DNA from: the human T2T-CHM13v2.0 reference genome, Homo sapiens | Strand: one strand, 5' to 3' | NCBI RefSeq assembly: GCF_009914755.1 | Contig: NC_060926.1 | Length of the DNA stretch: 64,000 nucleotides | Shown here: piece after piece, positions 26,229-40,314 of the stretch | Layout of the letters: each line of letters opens with the position of its first letter | Numbering within the stretch: the first letter of the stretch is position 1 | Made by a program: the position numbers and the translations under genes | Notes under the pieces: generated by a model | What the model was told of the DNA's origin: nothing | Database searches by the model: none | What the model saw: only the letters and a program-made list of their open reading frames with translations

Positions 26229-26461
26229 CCATCCACAAAAGGAAGCCAGTGCCCATTACCTCATGACCCAACATATGTACTTTTAGGAATATACTCCCCA
26301 CCCTCAGCTTTCCCAGGGCCTGACAACTGCATATCTGCGTTCCTTCTTAATGGGTTACTTGTTATGAACATTTCATGTAAATGTAATCACACAGCATGTC
26401 ACTTTTTTGTCTGACTTTTTCACTTAGCCTATTTTTTGAGGTTCATGGCAACATGCATTGC

Positions 26462-27038
26462 TTTTTTTTTTTTTCCTTTTTTTTAAATTTTTTAAAATTA
26501 TACTCTAAGTTCAAGGGCACATGTGCAGAACGTGCAGGTTTGTTACATAGGTATACACGTGCCATGGTGGTTTGCTGCACCCATCAACCAGTCATCTACA
26601 TTAGGCATTTCTCCTAACGCTATCCCTCCCCCAGCCCCCACCCTCTGACAGGCCCTGGTGTATGATGTTCCCCTCCCTGTGTCCATGCATTCTCATGGTT
26701 CAGCTCCCACTTACGAGTGAGAACATGTGGTGTTTGGTTTTCTATTCTTGTGTTAGTTTGCTGAGAATGATGGTTTCCAGCTTCCTCCATGTTCCTGCAA
26801 AGGACATGAACTCATCCTTTTTTATGGTTGCATGGTATTCCATGGTGTATATGCGCCACATTTTCTTTATCCAGTCTATTATTGATCGGTATTTGGGTTG
26901 GTTCCAAGTCTCTGCTATTGTGAATAGTGCCGCAATAAACATACATGTGCATGTGTCCTTATAGTAGAATGATTTATAATTCTTTGGGTACATACCCAGT
27001 AATGGGATCACTGGGTCAAATGGTATTTCTGGTTCTAG
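26462..27038 (-). mobile_element. L1PA7/8-like 3' end
   Basis: poly-T, atgtgcagaacgtgcaggtttg, and ORF2 C-terminal peptide DTCTCMFIAALFTIAETWNQPK. Confidence 0.94.
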
Positions 27039-27884
27039 AGCACTTCATTCCTTTTACAGTGATGTAATATTTCATTGTATTTATACACAACATTTCTTCA
27101 TTAATAGCTATTTGAGTTATTTCCATCATTTAAATATTATGAAAAGTGCTGCTATAATCATGCATGTACATATATTTGCTTGAGAACATCTTTTCAGTTT
27201 TTTACAATACATTTCTAAACGTGCGTATGTTGAGTTGTAAGGTAATTCCATGTTTAATTTTTTAAGGAACCACCAAACTGTTTTTCACAGAGGCTGTATC
27301 ATTTTGTTTCTACCAGTGCAAAGGTTCCAATTTTCCCACATCCTCGTCAACACTTATTTTCTCTTTTATTATTTGTTTTATTATAGACATACTACTCTTG
27401 TGAAGTAGTACATCATTATGGTTTTGATTTTCATTTTCATAATGACTGAAGATGTTAAGAATCTTTTTATATGCTTGCTGGCCATTTGTGTCATATATTT
27501 TGTTTGGAGAGATACCTACTCAAAGCCTTTGCCTATTTGTTTTTCAGTTGGATTCCTTGTCTTTTTGCTGTTGGGTTGCAAGAATTTGTTACATATTCTG
27601 GATTCTTTATCAGCTACGTGATTTGCAATTTTTAGATGACCTTTTCACTTTTGTGATGACATTTGATGCATAAGAAATTTTGATGATATCTAATTTATCT
27701 ATTTTTTCTTTTAATATTTGTACTTTCCATGGCATAGCTAAGGATCCATTGCCAAATCAAAGGTCATAAAGATTTAATCCTATGTTTTCTTCTAAAAAAT
27801 TAAGGGTTTCTCTTCTTATATTTAGGTTCTTGGTCCACTTACGTTAACTTTTTGTATGTGGTGTGATGTAGGAGTCTAACATTA

Positions 27885-27886
<2 letters not shown>

Positions 27887-27927
<41 letters not shown>
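27887..27927. repeat. (TG)n microsatellite
   Basis: Directly visible. Confidence 0.95.
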
Positions 27928-27929
<2 letters not shown>

Positions 27930-28783
27930 TCAGTTGCCCCTTGACAAATTTTGGGAGATACTATTTTTTTCCCAGTTGAATGGGCTTTACACCTTTGTCA
28001 AAAATCAAACTGACCAATGGTTTTCCTTAGCACTTTGAATATATTTAAAATGCTTTATTTAAAATGTTTGTCTATAATTCCAAAATCTGTGCTTTCTTAG
28101 GGACAATTTCTGTTAATCTCATCTGTGAATGGGCCTTAACTTTTGTTGGAAATGGGACATTTTGCATACTATAATGCAGTACCTCTCTAAATCTGATTCT
28201 TCTCCTTCCATAGGATTTATTTTTGTTGCTTTCTGTAGGCTGTAGCTGTAGGATTGTTTAGTGATTTTTCCTATTTTTAAGGTCTCTATTTTTGGTTTGT
28301 CATCTCTGAAGTGTCTGTCCTTTTGAGAGTGATTCCCTTAAATAGTAGGATCCAGAAAATAAACAAAACAACAACAACAACAAAACAGAGAAAACAAAAT
28401 AATGAAAGAAAGGAACAAGAAAATAAAAACAACAAACCTTTTCCACTCTTTACAGATTGAGTCTGTACTGGGGCATTCCTCCAATGCCTAGCAGGAGTAT
28501 TTATAACTCTGCTGTAACTTTCACCTCCTGCTTGCTCTGAGCCTAGAAATCATCCAGATGTGAAAAGCTTAGGGTCTTCTCAGGTCTTTTCTGAGAAGCA
28601 CCCTTCTCTGGACATGAATGTTGCCTTCTAGATTCCCAGTACACATGAGTGCCTTTGAATACCTTCGCTTCCCAAGGAACCTCTCTCCTCTTCTTTTTCT
28701 CCTAGGTTTTTGGCATTCTACTGTATGAGTCAACCACAGTCGGTTGTCCCAGGCATCTCTGGATTGTTTTTTCACCTTACATA

Positions 28784-29969
28784 GAGTTAAATGCCAAATA
28801 ACAGTGTTTCAGTTAATAATATACCACATATACAATGACGGTCTTATAAGAATATAAAGGAGCTGAAAAATTCCGATTACCCAGTGACATCCTAGCTGTC
28901 GTAACATCATAGCACAATGCATTACTCATTTATTTGTGGTGACACTGTTGTAAACAAACCTATTGCTCTGCCAGTCATATAAAAGTGTAAAACATACAAT
29001 TATGTACAGCACATAACACTTGGTAATATAAAAAACAACTGCTACTGCTTTATGAATTTACTATACTATATTTTTTAATCATTATATATTAGTATACTCC
29101 TACTTAAAAAAAAAAAGTTTACTATAAAACATTGTCAGGCAGATCCTGCAGGAAGTATCCAGAAAAAGGTATTGTTGTTATAGGAGATGACAGCTCCATG
29201 TGTATTCTTGCCCTGAAGACCTTCCAGTGGGAGAAAATATGGAGGTGGATGGAAGACAATGATATTGAAGACCCTGACTCTGTGTAGGCCTAGGCTAATG
29301 TGTGTGCTTGTGGCTCCCTGTTTAACAAAAAGCTGTAAAAGTATAAAAAAAATTGAAATTAAAAATAGTAAAAAACAAAAACTTGTAGGCTAACAATATA
29401 AAGAAATAAGGGTACAATGTGATTCTGTTTTAAGCCAATGTTTTTACAGAGTAAAAAAGTGAAAAAATTGAAAGGTTTATACAGTAAGCTAAGGTTAATT
29501 TATTATTGAAGAAAAAAATTGTTTAATAAATGTAGTGTAGTGTAAAGTGCCTGTGAACCCTACAGTAGGATGCAGTAATGTCTTGGGTCTTCACATTCAC
29601 TCACCACTCACTCACTGACTCACCCAGAGCAACATTCAGCCCTGCAAGCTCCACTCATGGTAAGTGGTTTATACAGGTGTATAATTTTTTTTAATTTTAT
29701 ACTATGTTTTTACTAATTCTTTCAGTGTTTGGGTATGTTTAGACACACAGATACCTTTATGTTACCATTGCCTACAGTATTCAGTACAGTAATCTGCTGT
29801 ACAGGTTTATAGGCCTGGGAGCAATAAGCTGGACAATAGAGCCTGCATGTGTGGTAGACTGTACCAACTGGGTCCAGGTAAGTACCTGCTGTGGTGTTTA
29901 CACAATGATGAAATCTCCTAACAACACATTTCTCAGAACATATCATCATCAATATGTGATATGTGATTG
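28784..29969 (+). mobile_element. Tigger3b (Golem)-like DNA transposon
   Basis: ~1.2 kb, TA-flanked. Motifs ggagctgaaaaattcc, aacaaacctattgctctgccagtc, cactcactcactgactcacccagagcaac, catttctcagaac. Confidence 0.9.
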
Positions 29970-30104
29970 TATTCTCAAGTAAATACTTTGCCTTTCTAGC
30001 CCACATGAGTTCTGAATTATATGAAATAGAGAAGGCCACCCTGTGTCAGTCTTTCAGGTAGTCCTCAGTTAGGTTAAAATAGAAAACAAAACAAAACCAA
30101 AAAA

Positions 30105-30396
30105 AGCCGGGCTCAGTGGCTCATGCCCGTAATCTCAGCACTTTGGGAGGCTGAGGTGAATCACCTGAGGCCAGGAGTTTAAGACCAGCCTGGGGAACGT
30201 AGTGAGACTCCTTCTCTATAGAAAATTTAAAAATTAGCCAGGTGTGGTGGTGCATGCCTCTAGTCCCAGCTACTCAGGAGGTGGGAGGATATCTTGAGCC
30301 TAGGGGTTTGAGGCTGTAGTGAGCTGTATTTGTGCCACTGCACTCCAGCCCAGGTGATAGAATGAGTCTCTGTCTCTAAAGAAAAGAAGAAAGAAA
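30105..30396 (+). mobile_element. AluJ-like element
   Basis: Alu dimer with A-rich tail. Confidence 0.93.
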
Positions 30397-31199
30397 TTCC
30401 AAATATTTGCAAATAAAGTCTGCTTTGCGCCCTCCAGAACCAGTGACCAGCATCCCACACTGCTAGTGAGGGCTGTCCTTTTTAAGACCACTGAGAGCCA
30501 GGGAAGGGTAGGGCAAGAAGAAATAAAAATGCTACAAAGCTTCCTACCACTCTAAAGTGACCCTTTCCTTGATTCAGCATCATCTTGGATGGTGTAAACC
30601 TGTTTTCTAGGGTTGTGATAGAAGTTATTGTGATTGTTTAGTGCTGATTCCAGTGCTTCTGAGGAGGAATAGACTCTTGAAAGTGTCTACTCTACCATGT
30701 TCTCTGATATCCAGATAAATGTTTTTAACCTCCCTTACCTCCCAGGTTAAGCCTCTTTTCTCCTCTTCCTTCATATATATAATGTTCTAGTTCCTGGCAG
30801 TGTATTTCTCCCACTTTGTCATCTGGAAGAAATTCAGAAACCCTTCTCCAGTAAGCATTTCTCCCCTGGGTGCACTAAGCTCTCAGTGCTGCCTTTAAGC
30901 ACCACCATATCAATTTGTACTGCTTGATTTTCTTCCCACCCTCCCCGGGTAAGTAGAGAGTAAGAATTTTCATTAAAGATGCTTTCTGTCATTACTCCAT
31001 ATATTTATTAATTACACAGCAATTAGAAACCGACTTTTTAGCAGGATGTGTTTGGCATCCACAAGGAAGACTTCACTCTATTTTTACATGTATTATGGAT
31101 TTCACCAGCTCCAGCCTGCTCTCTAACATATTGTAAGTACTCAGTAAAATGGATGAATAGATTAATAGATATCCTGTATTTACTGAACTATGATGATTA

Positions 31200-31420
31200 T
31201 TTACTGAGCCACTAGAGTCACTTAATATATAATAACTGGTATAATATCTTGGGTGCTTTTCATATATAATCGCATTTGATTATCAAAAATACTAAAAAAG
31301 AAGGCCTTAGTATACCCATGTTTTAGACGATAAAATTGAGAAACAGATGGAATTTTTGATTATGTTTACTAAGTAGCAAAGGAATAAACCTAAGTTTGTC
31401 TCTATTCTCTAACTCATTGT
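31200..31420 (-). mobile_element. MIR
   Basis: ttttagacgataaaattgag core-like motif. Confidence 0.5.
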
Positions 31421-31982
31421 TTGACATAAAACAACATTATGATTTGTTAAAAGAGCACTTCCTGTAAACCCTATCATGCTTATTATAATCAACTATTTCT
31501 TGGGGAAAAATGAAAGAAAAAATTTACATTAAACCTTTGAAGAAGCATGTAACTTTTCTGCTCATAAATTGAACACAGACAGGAAACAAAAGGCGAATTT
31601 ACATACTACAGTCAAATCACATATCCAATCATTTTCCCTGAAAATCCTTTACCTTATGAATCCACAAAACAAAGATGGCTGCATGATAAACCAAGCTGAA
31701 AATTATTTTCCATATGAATTATTCTAATTGCCAAGTAAGCATAATGAAGGCACCTCAAACCCATATGTTCTGTATGTCAAATGACATCTCTACAAGAATC
31801 TTCTTGATAATAAATTTTATTAAAATAACCGTCTATACTAAGTCTTATACTTAAGCTTCACTGACACACATTTGGTTCTTCCTTTTTCCATTATTGGGAT
31901 TCTCTTCTTATTTTTTAATTCTTTTATTTCCCATAACTCTCCTATTTAATTCCACAATCTGATAAGTCATCTGTGCTCACTA

Positions 31983-32470
31983 TGCAGTGGACTCTCAAAA
32001 ATGTCAACATCCTAATCCTCAGGAAAGAGACCTGGCAAAAGGGACTTTGCATATGTGATTAACTTAAAGATCTTGATGTGGCACTCTTTTCCTAGAATAC
32101 CCTGGCTGAACCAGTATAGTCACCAGAAATGTCTTTGTAAGAGAGAGGCAAGAGGATCATAGTCAGAAAAGATCATGTGATGGTGAAGAATAGGTTTGAA
32201 TAATATGATTTGTAGATGGAAGAAGGGGCTACAAGTCAAGGAATATGAGTTATCTCTATAAACTGGACAAATTAAAACAAAACAAAACAAAACAAAAAAC
32301 AGATTCTCTCCTGAAGCCTACAGAAAGAAGAAAGCCTTCCCTACACCTTGATTTTAGCTAAGGCTTACTTTGAATATTTGATCTTAAGAATCATAACACC
32401 ATATATTTGTGTTGTTTTAAACCATCAACTTTGCAGTAATTTGTTACAGCAACAGGACAAAAATAAGACA
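31983..32470 (+). mobile_element. MLT1D-like LTR
   Basis: ggcaaaagggactttgcatatgtgattaa, cagattctctcctgaagcct, and ttgttacagcaacag…aagaca end. Confidence 0.8.
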
Positions 32471-33076
32471 TCCCACCCTGTCTCCTTTTCCTTTATCACC
32501 AATATCAAGTTATCTTTCAAGGAAATAATGAGGAAGTACTTCTGGAAATCAGTCTCTCACAGGAATCTTGATCAAAGTTTAGATAACGGCTTTTTTAAGA
32601 CTCAAAGATGCATTTTAAAAATATCATAGCATGAAAAGATGTCTTAACACACAAAAAAATTACTATTGACTGATACAAATCTAAACAATGATGTAAATGG
32701 CTGGTAGCAAGTTCATTTCTTTTCTAGATGGGTGTTTTTCCAAATACTCACTAAATCATATGTCTATTTTGTTAGATTATTATTAAAATTGAGAAAAATC
32801 CACATTCTAATAACCTCAAAAATAAGACACAGCACATAGTTTAGTAATGCAACCAAAAAGCCAAGCTGTGAAAACCAACAGCATGAACACTTAAGTACTG
32901 CATCTTACTCCAAAAGACATGGTTGTTGTCAAAAGGAAATGAAAAGTTTATAAAACTCTGTGAGGGAGAGAGAATTAGCAGTTGGCCAGGCAGACTTTGA
33001 AACCAGAAGATGGTCACATGACTCTGGTGAGATTTTGGATTTATATGATGTTTTGGCAGTTGAATGGGTTTTGCTT

Positions 33077-33380
33077 TAATAAACTTTATTTTTATAGTAG
33101 TGTTCAATTTGCAGAAGTTTGAACAGACAGTACAGAGTCCCCCATATCACCTTTCGTCTGCTCTCTTTTCATAATTTCCTGTTATTAACATCTTGCATAT
33201 GTGTGATACATTTATCCCAATTGATGAAGCAATAGAGAGACATTATTATTATTTAAAGTCTATAGTTTACATTAAGTTTTACTTTTTGTGTTGTACAGTT
33301 CTATATGTTTTGACACATGTGCAAGGTCAGGTATTGACAATTATTATCTCATGCATACAAAATTGTTCCACTGTTTTATA
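33077..33380 (-). mobile_element. L1MC-like 3' end
   Basis: taaactttattttt…gtacagagtccccca…aagtctatagtttacatta. Confidence 0.7.
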
Positions 33381-33391
33381 AACCTAAATTG

Positions 33392-33554
33392 TCCTTTTCT
33401 TTCTTCTTCTCCTCCTTTTCCTCCTCCTCCTCTTCCCTTTTCTTCCCCTTCTCCTCACCTTCTTTTGTCCTGCTCCTCCTCCCTTTTGTCCTCCTCCTCC
33501 TTCTTCTCCTCCTTCTCCTTCTCCTTCTCCTTCTCCTTCTCCTTCTTCTTCTTC
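33392..33554. repeat. Polypyrimidine (TCC)/(TTCTCC)n tract
   Basis: ~160 bp of almost pure C/T at the tail position of the adjacent Alu. Confidence 0.92.
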
Positions 33555-33762
33555 TGGTCAGTGGTGCAATCATGGCTCACTGCAGCAACTCACTCCTGGG
33601 CTCAATCATTCCTCCCACCTCAGCCTCCCAAGTAGCTGGGACTTCAGGTACATGTCAGCATACCCAGCTAATTTATGTATGTGTGTGTATGTGTGTGTGT
33701 GTGTGTGTGTGTGTATACAATTTTATACATATATACAATTTTTGTATATATATATATACACA

Positions 33763-33807
<45 letters not shown>

Positions 33808-33917
33808 ATTTGTGTGTGTGTGTGTGTTTGTGTGTATTTTTTTTTTTTGATACATGGTGTTTCCATGTTGCCTAGGCTGGTCTCAAACCCTTGGGCTCAA
33901 ATGATCCACCCACCTTA
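33555..33917 (-). mobile_element. AluJ remnant with (TG)/(TA) expansion in its middle A-rich linker
   Basis: Alu arms at 33559-33675 and 33840-33917, separated by a microsatellite. Confidence 0.85.
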
Positions 33918-34320
33918 GATTGTTTCTGAAATCTTATCTTCACTCATGAAGTTTTCCCAACAGGAATGGCTTCCTACTTTTCTCCAGCCTTCAAATCACC
34001 TGAAAGCTCCTGCTCAAGTTGCATCTGTGTTGAACAGTCTGTGCCATGCCAGGCCTCTTTGTTTTGTGGATTCATAAGGCAAGCAGGTAAGCATTGTCTT
34101 TATGCCACTTCTCTAGTAGTTAATCATGGAACATCCTTGACCTCCCCTTGTTACATCATATGATATTGTTACTTATTTGTTATTTGTATATCCTGTGTGT
34201 GGAATCATCACGAAGGTAAGGATTCTTATCTCATTTTTTCACTGAGCCCAGCAGACAGTAGTCAGTCAGTCAGTCAATACATTTTTATTGATTATTAGCA
34301 ATAACTAAAAAACAATTTCC

Positions 34321-34744
34321 ATGCCCATCAATAATAAACTGGATAAAGATAATGTGGCACATATACACCGTGGAATACTATGCAGCCATAAAAATGAGTT
34401 CATGTCCATTGCAGGGACATGAATGAAGCTAGAAACCATCATTCTCAGCAAACTAACTCAGGAACAGAAAACCAAACACCACATGTTCTCACTCATAAGT
34501 GGGAGTCGAACAATAAGAACACATGGACACAGGGAGGGGAGGGAATATCACACACTGGGGACTGTTGGGGGTTGGGGGGCAAGGGGAGGGACAGCATTAG
34601 GACAAACCCCTAATGCATGAGGGGCTTAAAACCTAGACGATGGGTTGATAGGTGCAGCAAACCACCATGGCACATGTATACCTATGTAACAAACCTGCAC
34701 ATTCAGCACTTGTATCCCAGAACTTAAAGTTAAAAAAAAAAAAA
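34321..34744 (+). mobile_element. L1PA8-like 3' end
   Basis: L1 ORF2 end, 3' UTR and poly(A). Confidence 0.93.
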
Positions 34745-36113
34745 TCCTCCTGAGATCAGCTTTCTTGTTGCTGAGTGAGGGCAAATTTTATCATTCTTAT
34801 TATCATTGAAGAAATAACTCTTTTATGGGTTATTTCATTATCATCATTGAAATTAATAATAATAATAAGGCAACAAATGCAAGCTAGTAAGAAGGAAGTT
34901 TTAGAAAAGAAGTACAAATGTGAAAATAGCACCAAGAAAAGTAGAGCCATTTGGTGCTGGGCTATTGGCTGCACTCTGCAGGCTCAGAGTTAAAGTTAGA
35001 GGGACCTATGTGAGTGTCTACAGCCAGCGTGGTCAGGAGGAGTGAGAAGAAGGCAGTGTAGACATCTATAACACCCTGTGACAGGAAGTAGACAGACTGT
35101 TAGCCACAGATCTATAGATCTTACTTTTCTATTGCCTCATCCTTTCCCCCTTTGTTTCTTAGTACATACCTACAATTCACACTGTATTTTTTAGTGTGCT
35201 GATTTAACTTTTCTCTTTCTAAGGCTGTGTGAGCATTTCCAGGGCTGTGGTTGTGAATGCAGAGGTCTTTCCAAAGAAAGACATCTCTTCTCATTTCGGT
35301 ATTCACTTTTACAGTAGGATGTCCCTTAATGAAAAGGTCCATTTACAGATAGTTTTCTCATCTGTAGCTAGACAGGGACAGAACAATTACCTTCCAGTGG
35401 TCTTCCCCTACAAGTGAGAGCAGAGGAATTCATGGTCCTTCATTATCATTTGATCTCCCTTGTTACAATACTGACTCTGGAGATGGTATAGGTCGGGCGT
35501 GGGATTAGAGGCAATGGAGGGGCAAGAAGTGGTGATGAAATGAGTTGGCATTCATATAGTAATCATTGTGAGCACTCCCTGTGCTTCTACATGCTATTCA
35601 GTGCTCGTAAGAACCCTGGCAGATTCATCATGTCCTTTTACAGCAGGGTTTCAAGAAGGGCATATCATTTTCCCAAGTCACTGTTGAACGAAGCTTCACA
35701 CTCCAGGCTATTCTAATACAAAGCTTATGCCATTTTCCTTTGTTCTGTTAAACATTGCAGTAGAAGAGTGGGAAAAAGATGCTTTTTAATATGACCAAGG
35801 TCTAGCAACTATAAAGTGGTTAAAGCTGTATTGAAAACCAAGGTTTTGTGACACCAAAATCCATGCTGCTCTTACAAGGGGTTAATTATTTAGGCTTTCT
35901 TTTCCACTCAGGAAAGTGTTTTAAAAGTTAGTGGAAATTACCTCAAAAACACACTATCTTATTTCCCTACTGAGTTCCAGTTCTATGAAGGGATAAAATT
36001 AAAAATAAAAAGCAGAAACATAATAATTGGGCTCCCAGTGCCAAAGATTATTAGTGGGGTTATTCATGAGCATATTTAACAGCGCAAGCATGCTGCTTCT
36101 ATTGTTTGCTTTA

Positions 36114-36115
36114 TT

Positions 36116-36150
<35 letters not shown>

Positions 36151-36375
36151 TTGAGATGGAGTCTCGCTCTGTGGCCCAGGCTGGAGTGCAGCTCACAGCA
36201 ACCTCCGCCTCCCAGGTTCAAGCGATTCTCCTGCCTCAGCCTCCCAAGTACCTGGGACTATAGGCGCCTGCCACCATATTGGCCAGGCTGGTCTCAAACT
36301 CCTGATCTCAGGTCATCCACCTGCCTTGTCCTCCCAAAGTGCTGGGATTACAGATGTGAGCCACCGCTCCCAGCC
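36114..36375 (-). mobile_element. AluS with internal deletions and (TTTA)n tail
   Basis: TSD TATTGTTTGCTTTA at 36100-36113 and 36377-36390. Confidence 0.93.
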
Positions 36376-37341
36376 ATATTGTTTGCTTTAATAATCAAAG
36401 AAACTCATGAATACTTTGCATCTTATCTGTTCCCATTTTAAATCAAAACATAAAAAAATCTGATCCTTGCATATTCTATTTTTATTGCCATGTTCACTGA
36501 TCTCTTGGACTAATATTAATAATTTTCTTGTATTTCTGCTTTGACCTTAATGGAAAATGGTGCCAGTTCTATATCAGTCTCCTAGCAAACTACTGCCATC
36601 TGCTTATTCCATAAAAAGGCCATTTTCAGTGTTAGATTTACTAGAAAACTCAGAACTTAACAGATGTTTCACATATATTTGGCAACTGTATGTGGAACAG
36701 GTCTGGTTACTGGAGCCGTTTATGTAATAATGCAAGCTGGAATTAATATGTCAGTTACTCATACAGCATGTCCCAAATAATCACTGTGGGGAGCTCTTTT
36801 TATTTATTTCTTCCTCAGATGTCAGTGGGACCAATTACTGATTTTGTTTTTCAATAAATATGTGTGGAATTTCTGACTATGTGGCTGTCACTGTGTTAAT
36901 TGCCATGGACTTTGTGCAGAAGAGCCTATCAAATTCTAGCTGAGAATACAAAATGTGTAAACAGGTAATTGAATACAAGGTGAAAGTACCATCATGGAGC
37001 TAGAAAGAATTCATGATAAGGTATTAAGCAAGCTTAGTATCTGTCACTCTTCCCAGGGTTAAACTACTAAAGAAAAAAACACAGAATATTCACAGAATGA
37101 ACTGAATTAGAGGGAAAGAAAGAGAGATGAATGGATAAGGATTCTGGACAGCTCCTTCTAAATCCCTTGGGCTTTACCAAGGGACCCAGACAAAAACTAA
37201 TTAAAAAAAAATGTGATGCTTCAGTCGGTCTCTATAGTTTTTCCCTATCAAGTGTCACAATTTAAGATAAATGGATTTACTTATCTTTCTTGCTATTGTA
37301 TATCATGGGATGAGGCAGACATTTTTTGTTGTTGGTGGTGG

Positions 37342-37646
37342 TTTTTTTTTTTTTTTTTTTTTTTGAGACGGAGTCTTGCTCTGTCTCCCAGACTGGGGTG
37401 CAGTGTCACGATCTCAGCACACTACAATCTCCACCTCCCGGGTTCATGTGATTCTCCTGCCTCAGCCTCCCAAGTAGCTAGGATTACAGGTCCCCGCCAA
37501 CATGCCCAGCTAATTTTTGTATTTTTAGTAGAGACAGTGTTTCACCATGTTGGCCAGCCTGGTCTCAAATTCCTGACCTCAGATGATCTGCCTGTCTTGG
37601 CCTCCCCAAGTGCTGGGATTACAGGCATGAGCCACTGTGGCTGGCC
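37342..37646 (-). mobile_element. AluS element
   Basis: Full Alu dimer with poly-T. Confidence 0.95.
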
Positions 37647-37964
37647 ACCTTTGTGTTTTTTATCCCAGGAAAAGTAGAACAACTTTTCTGATGTCACATA
37701 ATTGTTAAGTGAAAAACTTGGGATTCAAATTCTGGCTTGTTTTTAAAGCTTTCCACCGTGCCATGTTTCAGGGTGTAGAAAATACTGCAGTCAGATGGTC
37801 CAAAGCTTACTGATGGCTCTCCTTTTGATTAATACTTTATTGGATCTGTTTACTGAAACCTTTTAAGTAGCAAAATAAAGCATCATTTAAGTCTGAATGT
37901 GACAATCAATCATCCTAATACTGAGAAAAAAATAACAAAATGAAAGAACACAAAAATTGCAATA

Positions 37965-38125
37965 TCCAACCTTTATTGAATACATGCAATTTGTCAGGCA
38001 AAACCAACTATGAAATAGATATTCTTGCTTTATATACAAGAAAACAGGCACAGAGAGGTTAACAAAGGGAAGCTGTGATTTGAAAGTAATAGTCCTGATG
38101 CCCAAACTCACATTCCTCACTACAA
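37965..38125 (-). mobile_element. MIR fragment
   Basis: gaaaacaggcacagagaggttaa core. Confidence 0.55.
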
Positions 38126-39409
38126 TGCAATGCTCTATAAACATTTTCATAGGTGCAAATCATTTATGAATTTTTATAATCCGTAAGGCAGCTTTGTTTT
38201 AAAAATGCTCACTTAAAACAATAAGAATGTTCATCTGCATATAAAATGTCCCATTGCTTCCTCAAAATGTTTATTTCTGCCTATAGGGTCATTTTAGACC
38301 TAGTTTTCTGCCTTTTCTAATTTTCTTTGCAAATCTGCATGTTACTTGGTTAACAAATCAATCTCCTAAAATACCCCAAATCTCTGAGAACAAAGAAAAT
38401 TAGGATGACTTAGCTGGCAGTTTCTTGAGTTGAGTTGACTGACGCTCTCCAGTCACATGTCTATGAAAAGCAACAAGAATGGTCTCTAGTAAATATTTCC
38501 ACAGTAAAACAAAACAAAAAACATACTCTCTTAAGTTGCTCACATCAAGGCAATTCAAATTTTGACACAATACCGACTCCCAGAAAGTCCCATTCCACTG
38601 GAGGAAGCTCAGGAGGAATAAGTAAAAAACGTTCAGCGGCAAGAGAGAACTATGGTGTGCCTTGGACTGGGAAAGAGATGCGCTGCACCATGGTTCTGGG
38701 CTGTTCACATTTATTGTTTGGAGCATTCTTTTGTCTTCCTGATGTATTTTTAATGCCTTGTAAATAAGGGCTCACAGTGTACCAGCCTACATGAATTTTC
38801 ACCAGCTGGCCTTGCCCCAGGGAGCTGTATTGTAATAAAAGGAATAAAATCAGCATACTTCTTAGGTCCTTTGGTATAAGTCAGGCCTCACTCTCTAGGC
38901 AGGGAAAGAATTTTGAATTACAATTATGAATAGATACGTTTATTTTACTCTGGTTTAAATCTACTCAAATCTCAACTAAATGAATCATTACGCTTCAATC
39001 TGAGTTACATGGAAGGACTCTGCAAATACTATTCCTGATCTTGTTTTGGACTTCAAGATGCTCCCATTACACGTTTTATTACTGTGCCTCAAACTTGCCC
39101 ATTTGTCAATTCACATTTGGTTGGTTGCCTTTTAGCTCCCCGTTGATTTCCCTTTTACTCTCTATCTGATTCTATATGTTAATTTATAATTTCCATCATG
39201 CCTTAGGGTTACGTATGCTTCAGCTGAACCATAATAAAAGTAAGCCTAATAGTTTTATCACGTGAAAGAGGTCTTGCATTTTTTAATAACTGGTTTGAAA
39301 ATATTTATAGTATCACATACCTTCCAGAAGGTTCTTGTTTTATATTGAAGAATGAGACTCTCAACCTTGATTTTCTATTCTTGGGAAAATGTTAAATCAA
39401 TATTCACAA

Positions 39410-39411
<2 letters not shown>

Positions 39412-39443
<32 letters not shown>
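39412..39443. repeat. (TG)n microsatellite
   Basis: Directly visible. Confidence 0.95.
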
Positions 39444-39446
<3 letters not shown>

Positions 39447-39591
39447 TTTAGTGGTGAAGATGTACAAAACCTATATTTTGGTGGCAGCATAAATTTTGAT
39501 GGCAGCAGTTGGGGGAATATGGTTTAAAGAATTTGAGTAATGTTTTAAAAATCAAACACCTTGCTTAGGAACCACAAATGTTAATATTTTC

Positions 39592-39900
<309 letters not shown>

Positions 39901-40314
39901 AAATGTTAATATTTTCAACTCAACACATTGTATCCCTGTGTGTTGGAGCCCTCTTCATTTTGGTACCTTCACTCTGAGCAGAGTAGCTGAAGCCAGTCTA
40001 TGCTGTAGCTAGAAATCGAAGTAGAGAAAACATCTGAAAATATTAAAATGGTATTGGATAAGCTCCCTTCTGAAAGCACATTTGATGCAGGTCAGGCAAG
40101 CACCTGTGATGTGAAACTGTGGCATCAGTCTCTAGATCCCAGTGGTTTATCTGAAAGCTTTGGCTCTCTCTCTGAGAATATGTCCTTAAAAAACTAGTGC
40201 AACATGTAGTATCTACAGGAATGAATTGATTAAGACATATTTCTCTCAGGTGGGTGGAGGAGGAATTACTTATTCATTTTGGGCATCAAAATCATTGACT
40301 ATATCGATACGTCT

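Larger units (their letters stand above)
26229..28020 (-). mobile_element. L1MB-like 3' region, interrupted by L1PA and (TG)n
   Basis: gaacatttcatgtaaatg…ttcacttagc, and ORF2 antisense ccaaactgtttt, ttggtccact motifs. Confidence 0.75.
28021..30715 (-). mobile_element. Old L1M4-type 5' region, split by Tigger3 and Alu
   Basis: cttagggtcttctcaggtcttttctgag motif. Related sequence lies in the opposite orientation at 62800-64000. Confidence 0.55.
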
